From a virus (lineage: Duplodnaviria; Caudoviricetes), in IMG/VR virus record IMGVR_UViG_3300042332_000866, positions 1,517 to 65,516 of that record: a stretch of DNA of 64,000 nucleotides. The stretch is one strand, 5' to 3'. The notes beneath the pieces were generated by a model. It was not told the origin of the DNA and made no database searches. It saw nothing but the letters and a program-made list of their open reading frames with translations. The position numbers and the translations under genes are program-made. Shown here in pieces: positions 38,154 through 45,733 of this stretch (within the stretch, counting starts at the first letter, position 1; the number at the start of each line of letters is the position of its first letter).

Positions 38154-38323
38154 AGTCTTGCCTCCTCGACTCGGACGTTCTTCTCCAAGCGTTCGATCCA
38201 CTTTGGAGCCGAGCACCGGACTAGGACATACGAAACCAAGGCAAAAGTGAACCCGAGCAGGAACACAGGCGGAACGAAGTTCGTAATAATGCGGTTGAGT
38301 TGCTGACGGAGATCAGGTTTCAT
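38150..38323 (-). CDS. Small membrane protein
   Basis: 57 aa read by hand (MKPDLRQQLNRIITNFVPPVFLLGFTFALVSYVLV...). Confidence 0.5.
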   Translation of the reverse strand: MKPDLRQQLNRIITNFVPPVFLLGFTFALVSYVLVRCSAPKWIERLEKNVRVEEARL

Positions 38324-38619
38324 GTCTCGACCCCTGAAGTTAAAGCGTCTGCAATCTCATAGGCTTTTTTAACCCCTTCTTTTACATCGAGATCCAGTCT
38401 ATAGCTAGGATTTTTAGACTGAATCATAGCGACAATAATGCTATAAGCTCGTTCTTCGCGTTTACTGATAATGTAATTTTCGTGAAAAGCTACAGTTTTA
38501 CGAAGCTGTTCGTTTTCAGCTTCTAAAGCTGCTATTTTACGGCTGGAATTTTTTACCACTTCTTTGAGTTGGTATTCTTTTTCTTCATGCCAATCTTTTG
38601 CTTGTTGGTGTAGGATCAT
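38320..38619 (-). CDS. Hypothetical coiled-coil protein
   Basis: ORF in the operon, probable start MILHQQ. Confidence 0.55.
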   Translation of the reverse strand: MILHQQAKDWHEEKEYQLKEVVKNSSRKIAALEAENEQLRKTVAFHENYIISKREERAYSIIVAMIQSKNPSYRLDLDVKEGVKKAYEIADALTSGVET

Positions 38620-38620
38620 A

Positions 38621-39220
38621 TTAAAACGTCTCCAGTTTGAGTTGTTGTTCTGCATCTGCCGCAGCTTGGTTTTCCGCTGCGCACAGTTCCTGAAAGCATG
38701 GTAGCAAGATCAGGTGGTTCACTTGCGAGATGGCGTCGTCGAGAGCGTTGTGGTGCGTCCCAACGCGCTTTGGCATCTTGATGTGCGGATACATCGCCTT
38801 GAGAGTACGGTAGCAACGGTCATGCCAGAAAGCCCAAGGTGCTTTTAGGCCGATATTGTCGTAGGCAGCTTTCAGGAGAGCGTTGTCGAAGTTGGCTCCA
38901 TTGCCCCAGAGTTCAACGACGTTGCTTGGGTAGCCTAACCATTCAGTGAAAGAATTGAGAACGTCGTCTATAGCGAAAGCCTCTTTCTGAAATTCAGAAC
39001 GAGCTTCGTCCGACTGACGCATCCACCATTTGATCGTCTCGATGTCGATGAGCATTCCAACATCGACGCAGCTTTGCAGGTCGATACGCATGTAGAAGGG
39101 CTCGCCGTAAGGTCCGTTTTCGTCGAACTTGGTTGCTCCAATGGAGGTGATAACTCCGCCCGGACGGGTCGAAAGTGTCTCCAGATCGCACATAACGCGG
39201 GTTGGTTTTAGCTTTTGCAT
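38621..39220 (-). CDS. DEDD 3'-5' exonuclease (exonuclease VIII N-terminal / DUF5051-like)
   Basis: CDLETL, WGNGANFD, HNALDDA. Confidence 0.85.
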   Translation of the reverse strand: MQKLKPTRVMCDLETLSTRPGGVITSIGATKFDENGPYGEPFYMRIDLQSCVDVGMLIDIETIKWWMRQSDEARSEFQKEAFAIDDVLNSFTEWLGYPSNVVELWGNGANFDNALLKAAYDNIGLKAPWAFWHDRCYRTLKAMYPHIKMPKRVGTHHNALDDAISQVNHLILLPCFQELCAAENQAAADAEQQLKLETF

Positions 39221-39225
39221 AAATG

Positions 39226-39453
39226 TTATTTTTTGAAAGTTACGCTCGATTTGAACAGCAGATTGCTAAGAAGCAAGATGCCGAAGGCTTGGGTTAAAGT
39301 GATCTTCGTGAGTCCAAAAATTACTGGCATGAGCCAGTTCCAAAGAAGCCACACAGGCAAGCTGATGATCAGAGAAATGAGCCCTGCAAGCATCAGAGAA
39401 CCGACGATTGCTGCGGAGAATACAAGGAATTTTTCAAGTAGGGTAGGTTTCAT
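39226..39453 (-). CDS. Small membrane protein
   Basis: 75 aa, hydrophobic, LWNWLMPVIFGL motif. Confidence 0.7.
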   Translation of the reverse strand: MKPTLLEKFLVFSAAIVGSLMLAGLISLIISLPVWLLWNWLMPVIFGLTKITLTQAFGILLLSNLLFKSSVTFKK

Positions 39454-39466
39454 AGTTTAGACAGTA

Positions 39467-39495
39467 ACTTTATTTCAGTTTCTCGAAACTGTCTA
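39467..39495 (-). promoter_or_regulatory. Sigma70-like promoter with operator in the spacer
   Basis: TAGACA-17 nt-TAAAGT; spacer contains TTTCGAGAAACTGAAA. Confidence 0.55.
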
Positions 39496-39498
39496 GTT

Positions 39499-41703
39499 TC
39501 ATTTCTGATAAAATTCAACCTCCCCGCCCTCAGCGGCAAGAGGCATTCCTTCAGCCCAAGGTGGCAGTTTGGTGAGGCACTCGACGAAGTGATTCGGAGA
39601 ACGATCTTCAGATAGGTCATACTGAGCTAAATCTTCATCGTGAATAATCATCAGGGTTGGATAGCCCGCTGCTTCGGCTTGTAGTAATCCGTTCGCCATG
39701 AAGTCACCTGCGATTCCTTGAATCTGATTGTTGCAAAAAATGCCTGGATGGGTCTCGACACGTCCCCAGTGAACGCTGGCGGGTAGCTGAGAAAAGATGG
39801 TGATGGCTTCACCGAGACGAACTCCTTTGATGTAAGGCTTCTTGGCTTGTTTTAGCGCCGTTCCTTCCAGTTCCTTCTGCTTTTTTGCTTCAATCTGTGA
39901 AGGTGTCGGGTTGAACAGTTTTTTGACTGTCGGTTCCTCGACCAGTTCGCCATTTTCATCTTTGACGAAATTTATCTCGGTCCACCGTAACTGAGGAATG
40001 ATCTCAGGTCTTGGATAAGCTATCTTCCGTCCGCTTGGCAGACGCATGAAGAGATACTTCATCCCTGCGGTGTGGGTGCTAAAGAACGAGCATCCTTTGC
40101 CAAACGGGAATACTTTTCCTGGAGTCCTGATGGCTGTTTTAGATGCTCGTTCGATGTCTCCCCACATCTTGACAATGGATGGGTTGGCCTCTCTCCAAGA
40201 CATGATGATTCCTGGGAGTTCCTTCTTGGTGAGTCCTTGCTTGAGAGCGCCCATTCGGACAAGTGCGCCTGTCCCGCCTGCGTACCCACAGGCCAGCTCG
40301 CCAGCCTTCGCTTTTTGACGTAATGGGTGATGCTTTCCGTGCTCCTTTTTGTAATCGTCAAAATCCTTCATCGTGACTCCGAACATCTGGCAGGCAGCGG
40401 CTTCATAGATCTTTCCGTGACCTTTGAATACTTCGAGCTTCCACTTTTCATCAGCTTGCCACGCTAGTAGGCGTGCTTCAATAGCTGAGTAGTCGGCGCT
40501 AAGCATCGGTTTACCGTCTTGGATAAAATGACGGATACAGGAAGCAATAACTTCCAGCGGGGGTCCATAGTTAAGACGCAGCCAGTCAGTATTACAACCT
40601 TCTTGAATGTCTTTGTAAGCGGATGGAGATAGACTCTCCATATATGGCGCGGGCTTCTTGAAGTTCTGCGGCTGCACCAAAGATGCGCTCCATCTTCCTG
40701 TGCCTGCTCCATGGTAGGTATGTGTTCCTCGGACGCGATTGTCCTGCGGCCCAGCGCAACTTATCATAGTTGGGATCTTCTTCAGAGATGCGAAACTGAT
40801 ATGCTTCTTGATCTTTAGCACCTCCTTCAGTTCAGGTGAAGCTGCTTCGTCCTCTTCATCAAAAGTCTCAAAAAACTCCTCCAACGTAACTGCCTGTAGA
40901 TTGTCGTGTTTAAACCCACGCTCTTTCAACCAAACAAGCAGCTTGGCACCTTGGGATGGTTTCAAACCTGTAAGAGCTAAAAATTCTGTTTCCAATCTCT
41001 CAGTCTCCTCGTTCACCAGCTTCTCAGCCTTCCGCAGCGCGTCCAGATTTACTGGGAAACCGCGACAGTTGATCTCAATATCGAGCAGGAAAGTTTGAAG
41101 CGGAAAGCCTGTTAGCTCGAAGTCTTTGAGTAAAGTTTTTGCTTCTCTTTCGGTCCTAGAATCTTGTAAACAATACTGACAAAAATCTCTGAATGCTTCT
41201 GGATCATCATTCGGATCAATGAACTGACCTTTATGCTTGCCTGCTGTCTGAGGCACAGAGAATTTTCGTATAAGACCCTTCCCTTTACTGTCCTTCAAGT
41301 TTGTTAGATTCAAAGTCTCGGCTAGTTTCTCCAAACTACCTGGGAGAGCGGCTCGTCTAGCCATAGCCGCAACACACCTCCACTGTTTGTGAGGGATAGC
41401 CGGGTATCCGGTAGTGCTTTCAAAAAGAGAATCTGTGATTGCAATCTCAAACCCAGCGTTGAATGCTGACACAACAGCTTCTGGCTTGCTTAAATCAGCA
41501 AGCTCATTGTCTGGAACTATAGGAAGGTAGCCTTGAACAATAGAACGCCATTTCTTCGGAACCCAGATTCTAGGCTCTTGATTTTCCTTCAATAAACTGA
41601 AGCATAGAATCTCTGTGGTATTATCTCGCGCATATCTGTGTGCCCCACTTTTGCGAAGATCAACACGACTCCTAGTTTCATAATCAAAAGAGTACTCAGG
41701 CAT
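39499..41703 (-). CDS. Family A DNA polymerase with 3'-5' exonuclease domain
   Basis: DYETRS exo I, TGRWS, DYSAIEAR (motif A), RQKAKAGELACGY (motif B), IHDE (motif C). Confidence 0.92.
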   Translation of the reverse strand: MPEYSFDYETRSRVDLRKSGAHRYARDNTTEILCFSLLKENQEPRIWVPKKWRSIVQGYLPIVPDNELADLSKPEAVVSAFNAGFEIAITDSLFESTTGYPAIPHKQWRCVAAMARRAALPGSLEKLAETLNLTNLKDSKGKGLIRKFSVPQTAGKHKGQFIDPNDDPEAFRDFCQYCLQDSRTEREAKTLLKDFELTGFPLQTFLLDIEINCRGFPVNLDALRKAEKLVNEETERLETEFLALTGLKPSQGAKLLVWLKERGFKHDNLQAVTLEEFFETFDEEDEAASPELKEVLKIKKHISFASLKKIPTMISCAGPQDNRVRGTHTYHGAGTGRWSASLVQPQNFKKPAPYMESLSPSAYKDIQEGCNTDWLRLNYGPPLEVIASCIRHFIQDGKPMLSADYSAIEARLLAWQADEKWKLEVFKGHGKIYEAAACQMFGVTMKDFDDYKKEHGKHHPLRQKAKAGELACGYAGGTGALVRMGALKQGLTKKELPGIIMSWREANPSIVKMWGDIERASKTAIRTPGKVFPFGKGCSFFSTHTAGMKYLFMRLPSGRKIAYPRPEIIPQLRWTEINFVKDENGELVEEPTVKKLFNPTPSQIEAKKQKELEGTALKQAKKPYIKGVRLGEAITIFSQLPASVHWGRVETHPGIFCNNQIQGIAGDFMANGLLQAEAAGYPTLMIIHDEDLAQYDLSEDRSPNHFVECLTKLPPWAEGMPLAAEGGEVEFYQK

Positions 41704-42616
41704 ATTGCAAAGGTTGTGTTAGAGATTTTTCAACGGTCCAGCCAAAAACACGCAGTCTAGCTGCCAAAGTCTGAGGTTTTAACCCAACTGTTTCGGCCCA
41801 CTGCGTTAGAGTTTTAGTCTGCCCTTTGAAAGTTAAAATCTTATTGCGGCATTGGTTGTTCATTTGTTCTTTGTGGGTGGCCCACCGAACATTTCCTGGT
41901 TCGTAATGTCCGTTATTGTTGATCCTCTCAACTGTATGCTGCTCTGAAATAGGCTGTCCTATGTCGTCAACAAAACACAAGAACCCTGACTTTGATCCAT
42001 CTCCTTCCTGCCATCTTTTGCATACCTGTATGCCACGCTCTTTGTATCGGTGATTTATCGGTTCATCTTTGTAGCAACGAATATGCATAGCTTTCCATGC
42101 TTGGAGTATCTTTGAATATTTCCGGCCTACAGTGTGCCCGTGCGAAAGGTTTAACTTACGGACAGTTTCTTTCTGCAAACACCCGCAAGACTTGGTGCTC
42201 CCTGACAGCACGTGGTACCTGTTTCCTTTCCAGAACTTGCCGCAGGAGCAAACTCCTTCTGCTCTCATCCCATCATCGGCAGTAATGGTTAGTTGGTGGT
42301 ATGTTTTTCCTACCATTTCCCTAGGTTTTGTGTGTCGAGGTGAACGTGAGCATCCACAGGAAGTTGATTTTCCTTTCAGGACGTTACCATACCGACCAGC
42401 CCACTTTGTCCCGCACGCACAAATAGCTTCTACATGCCTCTCTTTATTGTACCGGATGCCTGTGATGGTAAGACTACCGTACGTCTTTCCCAGCATTTGA
42501 TTTCGGACGCCCACCTTTCCGACCGTTATTCCTGGAGGCCGACCTCTTCGCTTCGGACTTGGAAGAGCCGCCAATTTTTCCGAGTGTGGCCGCTGCTTTG
42601 CTGATTTTTGTTTCAT
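41696..42616 (-). CDS. HNH homing endonuclease with duplicated CxCG N-terminal modules
   Basis: CACG/SCGC repeats, ERINNNGHYEPGNVRWAT. Confidence 0.85.
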   Translation of the reverse strand: MKQKSAKQRPHSEKLAALPSPKRRGRPPGITVGKVGVRNQMLGKTYGSLTITGIRYNKERHVEAICACGTKWAGRYGNVLKGKSTSCGCSRSPRHTKPREMVGKTYHQLTITADDGMRAEGVCSCGKFWKGNRYHVLSGSTKSCGCLQKETVRKLNLSHGHTVGRKYSKILQAWKAMHIRCYKDEPINHRYKERGIQVCKRWQEGDGSKSGFLCFVDDIGQPISEQHTVERINNNGHYEPGNVRWATHKEQMNNQCRNKILTFKGQTKTLTQWAETVGLKPQTLAARLRVFGWTVEKSLTQPLQYA

Positions 42617-42622
42617 TTTTCA

Positions 42623-42651
42623 TGTGTAACCTAAGCGTATGAGTTTGTCAA
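42623..42651 (-). promoter_or_regulatory. Sigma70-like promoter, near-leaderless
   Basis: TTGACA-17 nt-TACACA, 6 nt before ATG 42616. Confidence 0.55.
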
Positions 42652-42668
42652 TACTTTGTTGGAAAACA

Positions 42669-42793
42669 GAATCCAACGGGCAGGCTAGCGGATGTGGCAC
42701 CGCCTGCAACGCTTATGCTTTGACCGACAAGACCGAACATCAGCGCTTACTGGGTCTTGCCGCTGGGCTTTCTCGCGTCTGGCCGCTGGATTC
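42669..42793 (-). ncRNA. Unassigned multi-stem structured RNA
   Basis: 11-bp closing stem GAATCCAGCGG/CCGTTGGATTC; internal stems GGCAAGACC/GGTCTTGTC and GCAGGC/GCCTGC. Confidence 0.5.
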
Positions 42794-42804
42794 TATTTTC
42801 AAAA

Positions 42805-42977
42805 TGGGTGAGCCACCACATTGTCAGCAGGTTGCCCAGTCTCTTGTGCAGGCCTTTGATACCCGTGAGTTATACTGCCTCCCTCACACAGGTTTTCTAC
42901 CCACCTGTCGCTCTTTTCGGTTTATAAGCCGCGTGAGATCGCTGACACAGTGTTGAGTCCTTGCGGACTGCGGGAGG
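42805..42977 (-). ncRNA. Unassigned structured RNA with GNRA loops
   Basis: AGTCC-GCAA-GGACT hairpin; TGTCAGC/GCTGACA, ACAGGT/ACCTGT and GTGAG/CTCAC stems. Confidence 0.4.
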
Positions 42978-42982
42978 AAATT

Positions 42983-43093
42983 AGTGACTCAGGCAGGAAT
43001 TGCACCTGCTACAAGTTCTTGGGCTGTGGGTTTACTCCACTTACGGTAATTATTCCGTCGCTTGTAGCGTGTCGCTGTCCACGCCGCTGAGTC
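42983..43093 (-). ncRNA. tRNA-like RNA with an expanded, branched anticodon arm
   Basis: GACTCAG/CTGAGTC acceptor, GCGTG/CACGC D-stem, TACAAG/CTTGTA stem enclosing about 45 nt, GCAGG-TGCAATT-CCTGC T-arm. Confidence 0.7.
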
Positions 43094-43101
43094 AAATTGG
43101 T

Positions 43102-43668
43102 TTAGACATCGTCTCCTGAGTCTTCGGACTCGTCGGAGAACACGTCTTCAGCGCGGACACGGGTTCCGCCACCGCTGAGAGGCTCACCATCACGAAGGAA
43201 CTGAATAGCCTCGAAGCCTGCGAATAGACCACGACCACCGTTCTCCGTGCCGTAGAAACGAACGACGACCTTGGCGTAGCAACCAGAGTAGGGTTTGTTG
43301 TCTTCGGCAGCGAGCGGTGTGCGACCGTCTGTATCGACGATGACCGGGCGATTCTTGTTGCTGGCGGAGACGACCTTCATACCAGCGTAAGCAGGTTTGA
43401 TCTCGTCGTCCTTGTCGGTGTGGGTGTTGCCATCAGAAACACAGAAGCGTTTTGGGTCTTTCCAGGTAAGCGGATATTTCTTCCACTTGTCGAGGGAGAC
43501 GTGCTTCACGGCGGCGTCGATGGCTGCGATGGAGGCTTTGTCTTTGGGATCGACAATGCAGGTAATTTTGTACTTGGGGTTGCCTTGGTTAAGTTGTCCC
43601 TCGAACGGCTTGAAGCAGTGAAGGTAATCGACGCGGCATTTGATGATGGCGGTTGCTGGATCAGACAT
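43102..43668 (-). CDS. Single-stranded DNA-binding protein (DUF2815 / Enc34-like)
   Basis: PKY, DG, RPVIVD, YSGCY, IQFLRDGEPLSGG motifs; acidic tail. Confidence 0.85.
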   Translation of the reverse strand: MSDPATAIIKCRVDYLHCFKPFEGQLNQGNPKYKITCIVDPKDKASIAAIDAAVKHVSLDKWKKYPLTWKDPKRFCVSDGNTHTDKDDEIKPAYAGMKVVSASNKNRPVIVDTDGRTPLAAEDNKPYSGCYAKVVVRFYGTENGGRGLFAGFEAIQFLRDGEPLSGGGTRVRAEDVFSDESEDSGDDV

Positions 43669-43734
43669 AGTGGTATCAGTATTGTAGTTTGGATTGAGTG
43701 TATAAGAGGCGCATTGTTGCGCTTTAACGAAGTA

Positions 43735-43763
43735 ACTTTAGTTCGAGAAACGGAAACTGTCAA
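43735..43763 (-). promoter_or_regulatory. Sigma70-like promoter with inverted operator in the spacer
   Basis: TTGACA-17 nt-TAAAGT; spacer reads GTTCGAGAAACGGAAAC on the + strand. Confidence 0.65.
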
Positions 43764-43771
43764 GAGGATAT

Positions 43772-44983
43772 TTAACAGAAATCTTCAGCTCCCGTTTCAT
43801 CGGAAAACACGTTCACCAGATTCTCCGATCCATAGACAGGTCGTGGATCGTCAATCGAAACGAGCGTCGGGCCGCCCTCCGGCTTGACGATGAGTTTCTG
43901 GATGACACTCCACTCTTCTTTCTCGAAGTCGTGCTCGAACTCAGAAACTTGCGTCGGGGTGATCAGATCTTCGGTGATGATGTCTTCCCGTTTGAGCTTG
44001 GTCAGCAGCTTCTCTTTAGCGAGGTCTGGATTGCCCCATTTACGGTGCCCGCCTTTGCCTTTGACTAGCTTCAAACCAGGTAGAGCTTTGCCGTTGAGGG
44101 CCATCGAAGTTGCATATTTCTCAGCGGAAGATAACCACTTCTTGATGTCGTCGATCTTGAGCACGATCTTGGATAGAACATCGTCCGATATGCTGTCCGC
44201 TTTCGGCAGTTTTGGCACTTCCCCAGTCGTGATCGTCTCCAGTGGCGTGTCGTCAAGCAACCACTTTGTCCGGGCCTCGCAGAATGACTCGCAGGGGCAA
44301 AACTGACAGGTCTTGGTGCCTGGGCGAAATTCCAACGTGAGAGCTTTGGCTTGGATGTCTTCAGCTGGTCCGAGAACTCGGTCATCGGTGAACTGAACAA
44401 GCTCTTTGTAGTCGATGGTCCAAGTGCTCTGCTTGTCTCCCTGACGCACTCGCGGCTGGTAAATGTGCATGTGGACAGTTTCAGGCTTGAGCTTGAGTTG
44501 CTCGATCATCGACCGTGCGTAGATCGCCATCTGTATGTTCTCGAAGGCGGATACAGCCACACCTTGACCATACTTGTAGTCGGCAATGTGAACACCGTCG
44601 TCAGCGATGCAGCAGAAATCTACGAAGCCGTTGCGAGCAGGCATGTAGAATAAACTGACTTTCAGTTCGCTCCACCATCTGTCGTTCATACCTGTGCGTT
44701 TCAGGTGATCCGTTGCGCCGGGGGCTTTCTTATCGAGGCAGAAATCGACGAACATCTGTCCGTGTTTCTTCATCTCAGGAGTAGCTTTATCAGACAGTTT
44801 AGTCTTCTTGAATAACGACTCGACGACTCCGTGAGCTACCGTGCCTTCGACCGAGAACTCGGTGTCTTGCGGCGGTATGCGATTAGCATTAGCTACGACG
44901 TAGTGCGGTTGAGCCGTGCAGGAACTCCAAGTGCTTGCGGCTGAAGCATTTAGATTTAATTTTAGGTATCGGGATGTGCTCAT
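43772..44983 (-). CDS. DUF2800 family Cas4-like PD-(D/E)xK nuclease
   Basis: EGTVAH, GFVD, IADYKYGQG, QMAIYA, YQPR, CQFC; ends AEDFC. Confidence 0.85.
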   Translation of the reverse strand: MSTSRYLKLNLNASAASTWSSCTAQPHYVVANANRIPPQDTEFSVEGTVAHGVVESLFKKTKLSDKATPEMKKHGQMFVDFCLDKKAPGATDHLKRTGMNDRWWSELKVSLFYMPARNGFVDFCCIADDGVHIADYKYGQGVAVSAFENIQMAIYARSMIEQLKLKPETVHMHIYQPRVRQGDKQSTWTIDYKELVQFTDDRVLGPAEDIQAKALTLEFRPGTKTCQFCPCESFCEARTKWLLDDTPLETITTGEVPKLPKADSISDDVLSKIVLKIDDIKKWLSSAEKYATSMALNGKALPGLKLVKGKGGHRKWGNPDLAKEKLLTKLKREDIITEDLITPTQVSEFEHDFEKEEWSVIQKLIVKPEGGPTLVSIDDPRPVYGSENLVNVFSDETGAEDFC

Positions 44984-44996
44984 AGGCTTGTACTGC

Positions 44997-45026
44997 CAAA
45001 AGGCGCAGATCCGAAGACCTGCGCCC
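44997..45026 (-). terminator. Intrinsic terminator with UUCG loop
   Basis: GGGCGCAGGTC-TTCG-GATCTGCGCCT followed by a short T-run. Confidence 0.7.
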
Positions 45027-45043
45027 GATGACGGCGGAACGGT

Positions 45044-45733
45044 TTAGACTTCCTTCTGATCTTCTTCGTTGGCGGCGAGATACTCGCGGATCTTGGCCTC
45101 CATCTGACGGAGCATGTCAGGGTCAGACATCTCACGGGTCATCTTGGCGAAGCCGAGAGTATCGTTGCGGAAATCGACGAGCAGCTTGGTGTACTTGGTG
45201 TCCTTGAGAGGCTTCATCAGTTCGACAAGCTCCGTGCCGGACAGGTAAGGCTCCTCTTCCACGGCTGGCGCTGGTTCTGGCGTTGGCTCAGGAGCAGGTG
45301 CTGCCTCAGCTTTTGCCTTAGTACCGCGCTTCTTGACGGGTTCGGCGGGTTTGTCTTCGGACTCATTGGTGCCAACAGAGCCTACAGAGCCTACACAAAC
45401 GTCGTTCGGAATGATGACTCCTTTGGCGGTGGTGTTGCGGTCGATAGCTTCGACGAGTGGCTTGATGAGGATTTCGTAGATGTCGTTAAACAGGGTATTC
45501 ATAGATGTATGTTTTCGTGTTTTTTGTTGTGGTTTTTCTGTCGCGTCTTGTGACGCTACTGGAAAGGTTTTTAGGCTGGCTTGGATATAAGCCTTGTGGA
45601 AGTCGCCTCCGCGTTCGTTGGCTACTTTGATGAGTAGTGAAATGCTCTCGGTGTCTCGCTCATCTTGGCTGTGCCATTTCGCTTGGGACAGGCACTTGCG
45701 GTAAAAGTCAATCGTAAAGTCGGCTGGTTGCAT
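45044..45733 (-). CDS. Hypothetical protein with Pro/Ala linker
   Basis: ATG 45733 overlaps the primase stop; alternative start at 45502 (MNTLF). Confidence 0.6.
   Translation of the reverse strand: MQPADFTIDFYRKCLSQAKWHSQDERDTESISLLIKVANERGGDFHKAYIQASLKTFPVASQDATEKPQQKTRKHTSMNTLFNDIYEILIKPLVEAIDRNTTAKGVIIPNDVCVGSVGSVGTNESEDKPAEPVKKRGTKAKAEAAPAPEPTPEPAPAVEEEPYLSGTELVELMKPLKDTKYTKLLVDFRNDTLGFAKMTREMSDPDMLRQMEAKIREYLAANEEDQKEV

Noticed and set aside
42639-42956. 105-aa + strand ORF
   Set aside because: Opposes the local transcription direction, has no motif, and overlaps minus-strand structured elements
42983-43093. tmRNA or intron-containing tRNA
   Set aside because: Far too short, no tag reading frame or G3-U70 alanine identity, no group I core, and no canonical anticodon loop can be restored
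43772-44983. CRISPR-associated Cas4
   Set aside because: It sits in the usual DUF2800-DUF2815-PolA phage replication module, with no array or other cas genes
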